DNA of 63,209 nt, counting the filler, from Octopus bimaculoides (lineage: Eukaryota), in assembly GCF_001194135.2 (NCBI RefSeq). It is 5 parts of 5 records of this genome, joined end to end, with 100 filler letters (N's around TTAATTAATTAA, not from the genome) between each part and the next. Parts side by side here need not be neighbours in the genome. Positions count along the whole stretch, not along the records: positions 55,126 to 63,209 come from NC_068983.1; 4 more parts are not named here. One strand, given 5' to 3'. The translations under genes and the position numbers were made by a program. Shown in pieces: positions 60,481 to 63,209 of the stretch; the stretch's first letter is position 1, and each line of letters starts with the position of its first letter. The notes under the pieces are model-generated. The model saw nothing but the letters and a program-made list of their open reading frames with translations. It was not told the origin of the DNA and ran no database searches.

Positions 60481-61840
60481 TGCCTTAATTATATTTGCTT
60501 TTCCTATAATCTAATAAGCATAATTTTTCTAATCTTTTTTTCAGCATATATAAATAACTAAATGTCGTGCCTAGAATTCCTATGTTCATTATTCTTTTAT
60601 TATCTACTGATATCATCGTAGGTTTAAATACTAAACTGGCTTTTCTTAGAACATTATGTTTCTTCTTAACATTCTTTTTGTATGCATTCATGTATTAAAG
60701 ATATTATCTCAGTTCTCTTTGAATTTTGCTCATTCTGGGTTACCTTGATAACATTGGGTTAGCATGAATTTTCAGATATACCGGTTTGACTGGTATTTTG
60801 TACCTTTTACTCATATATAAATATCCTGGTATAAGAGAAACGATCATCAGTGATGTATGGTGTATTATCAATTATAGATGTGATTTTCACCATTCTTGTT
60901 CATGTTACTATATGCTCCAGATTTCTTGAAATTCTTCTAAGTGATATTTGGATTTGATTATCATGCATGAGAAATTACCTTGGATGTTAATTCTATTTGA
61001 ATTTATTGGTATCTGATTGTTTGATGCACTTAACCAAGTTCACTTAATACTGAGGGCTTTCTCGATGTCTGCCTGCATTTATTAATCCTCCGAAGGGTGC
61101 AGGGATACATAATCAGATGTTACTTAACACTCCATTGAACCCCCAAGTGCAAAACCAATTGGTAAGATCGGCCATAACGTATATATAATACTGTACACTT
61201 CAAATAATATATATATATCATCATCACGTCATCATGTGTATATTGGTATAAGATAAGATTTATGGTCAAGCATTTTGCTTCACAGTTACAAGGTTTTGTA
61301 TTTGATTCCACTGTTTGGAACATTTGTCAAGTGTCTTCTGCTATAGCCTTGAAGTGAATTTGATAGAGTGAGTAGAATTTGGTACACAATAAACTGTGCA
61401 GAAATCTAGAATGTGTATATATGTTTGTGTGTTTGTTTGTGTGCATGTGTGTATGCATGTGTGTCTTGTGTGCATGTTTGTGTCTCCTTTTATGACAGCA
61501 CATGATAATTGTAAATGAGTGTTATTGTCATTATGAATCACCTAGGGGTATGAATCGAAACATATGTAGGATTTTGACATCTGCCATTGCTTTTAGAGCT
61601 TTATAATTTATAATTTATTTGTTGTGTTTTTGTAAAAAAACTTTCAACCTCATTATATCATACAAATAATTTATTTATACATCCATAATTCTCCATTTCT
61701 TTCTTTCATTATTAACAATATGTATTACTATAATAATCACTAATATATCTAATATATCGTTGTGACTTTCTCCATATATGATAGCAATTAAGCAGTGAAA
61801 TTTTTAGATTATTTAATCCCTAATGAGGACCTGACATCCT

Positions 61841-61892
61841 CGAATTTCGATGAAGGGATATAATAAATATCGTGGAAACAGCTGTAAGACCT
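61841..61892 (+). ncRNA. Degenerate type-I hammerhead-like motif
   Basis: UCGAUGA AGG GAUAU AAUAA AUAUC GUG GAAAC AGCU GUA; palindromic stem III ACAGCUGU, but the core positions 3-4 are altered and stem I does not pair. Confidence 0.45.
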
Positions 61893-61989
61893 TCTATTTA
61901 TAAATGTTCTAAAATATACATAGCCTTGGTTTTTTTTATCTCATTACAAAAAGTAAATCCCTATACACACACACACACACACACATATA

Positions 61990-62021
<32 letters not shown>

Positions 62022-62601
62022 NNNNNNNNNNNNNNNNNNNNNNNNNNNNNNNNNNNNNNNNNNNNNNNNNNNNNNNNNNNNNNNNNNNNNNNNNNNNNNN
62101 NNNNNNNNNNNNNNNNNNNNNNNNNNNNNNNNNNNNNNNNNNNNNNNNNNNNNNNNNNNNNNNNNNNNNNNNNNNNNNNNNNNNNNNNNNNNNNNNNNNN
62201 NNNNNNNNNNNNNNNNNNNNNNNNNNNNNNNNNNNNNNNNNNNNNNNNNNNNNNNNNNNNNNNNNNNNNNNNNNNNNNNNNNNNNNNNNNNNNNNNNNNN
62301 NNNNNNNNNNNNNNNNNNNNNNNNNNNNNNNNNNNNNNNNNNNNNNNNNNNNNNNNNNNNNNNNNNNNNNNNNNNNNNNNNNNNNNNNNNNNNNNNNNNN
62401 NNNNNNNNNNNNNNNNNNNNNNNNNNNNNNNNNNNNNNNNNNNNNNNNNNNNNNNNNNNNNNNNNNNNNNNNNNNNNNNNNNNNNNNNNNNNNNNNNNNN
62501 NNNNNNNNNNNNNNNNNNNNNNNNNNNNNNAAACTCTCTTCTTTGGAGGCATAATCTATATACATATTAAACAGAACAACAAAAGTTATAATAGATGGCA
62601 G

Positions 62602-63209
62602 GGTCGGTACTTTTCACATATCTGTATTTTTTCAGATTAACACCCGCACGATTACCCAACCCTAATCCTAAACCTAATCCTAACACTAACCCTAACACTA
62701 ACCCTAACACCCTAAACCTGACCCTAAAACTGTAACCGTAACACTAATCCTAACCCTAACCGTAACCCTAAGCCTAAACCCTAACCCTGACCCTAAAACC
62801 GTAACCGTAACACTAACCCTAACCCTAAACCCTCACCCCTAATCCTGACCCTAAAACCCTAACCCTAACACCCTAGGGAAAATCGTGGTATGTTTACAAA
62901 ACATTGACGAACATGAGTTATATTTTACTGAATGATTGTGTACTTGCACGTGTATGCGTTTGAGAGAGCGAGAGAGGAAGAGGTATAGAGAGGTAGTTAA
63001 AAGTTTTCTTTTGACGGCTTCTCTTCACTGCCTATTACTTCATTAGAAATCTATGGATGCACTTACGCACATAATAGAGAAAAATGAAACAAATATGGAC
63101 GACTTGCTCCGAAACACCACCGAGTGGGGAACACTTCTCAAAAATAACCTGCAGCTGTTTCCTTCAAAATTCATTCATGCTCGAAATGTACATACATCAA
63201 GGTATATTT
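62602..63209 (+). mobile_element. Dispersed element with an internal degenerate (CCCTAA)n array at 62655-62877, running off the window end
   Basis: About 220 bp of CCCTAA/CACTAA/CCGTAA/CCCTGA variants; 63156-63209 matches 4374-4430; starts GGTCGGTACTTTTC. Confidence 0.6.

Overview
AT-rich, microsatellite-dense, gap-riddled eukaryotic DNA. I infer a cephalopod, most likely Octopus, from the SINE families, the (TTAGGG)n motifs and the repeat density. No intact protein-coding gene with a recognisable host domain was found, and nearly all long ORFs in the track are microsatellite or N-gap artefacts. The window holds many tRNA-derived SINE copies from about 3 families, decayed Penelope-like retroelements (an RT on the minus strand at 27.1-28.7 kb and GIY-YIG fragments at 12.6-13.1 kb and 60.2-60.5 kb), an RTE LINE 3' end nested in a SINE, and several non-autonomous DNA elements (Merlin-like, mariner, hAT, piggyBac-like, Helentron-type). 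The most notable signals are: (1) six type-I hammerhead-ribozyme motifs from at least four sequence families, all with palindromic stem III, including a fully canonical one with a 70-nt structured insert in stem II (47135-47252, minus); (2) a 605-bp 8-bp-TSD element whose centre is an inverted (CCCTAA)n/(TTAGGG)n telomeric palindrome; (3) a fold-back 5' junction on a truncated Penelope element; (4) an abrupt switch to CpG-depleted SINE copies beyond about 55 kb, suggesting a methylated domain; (5) a chain of phase-compatible candidate small exons on the plus strand at 18-19.5 kb. All assignments come from reading the sequence by eye, with no database search, and most repeat boundaries are approximate.
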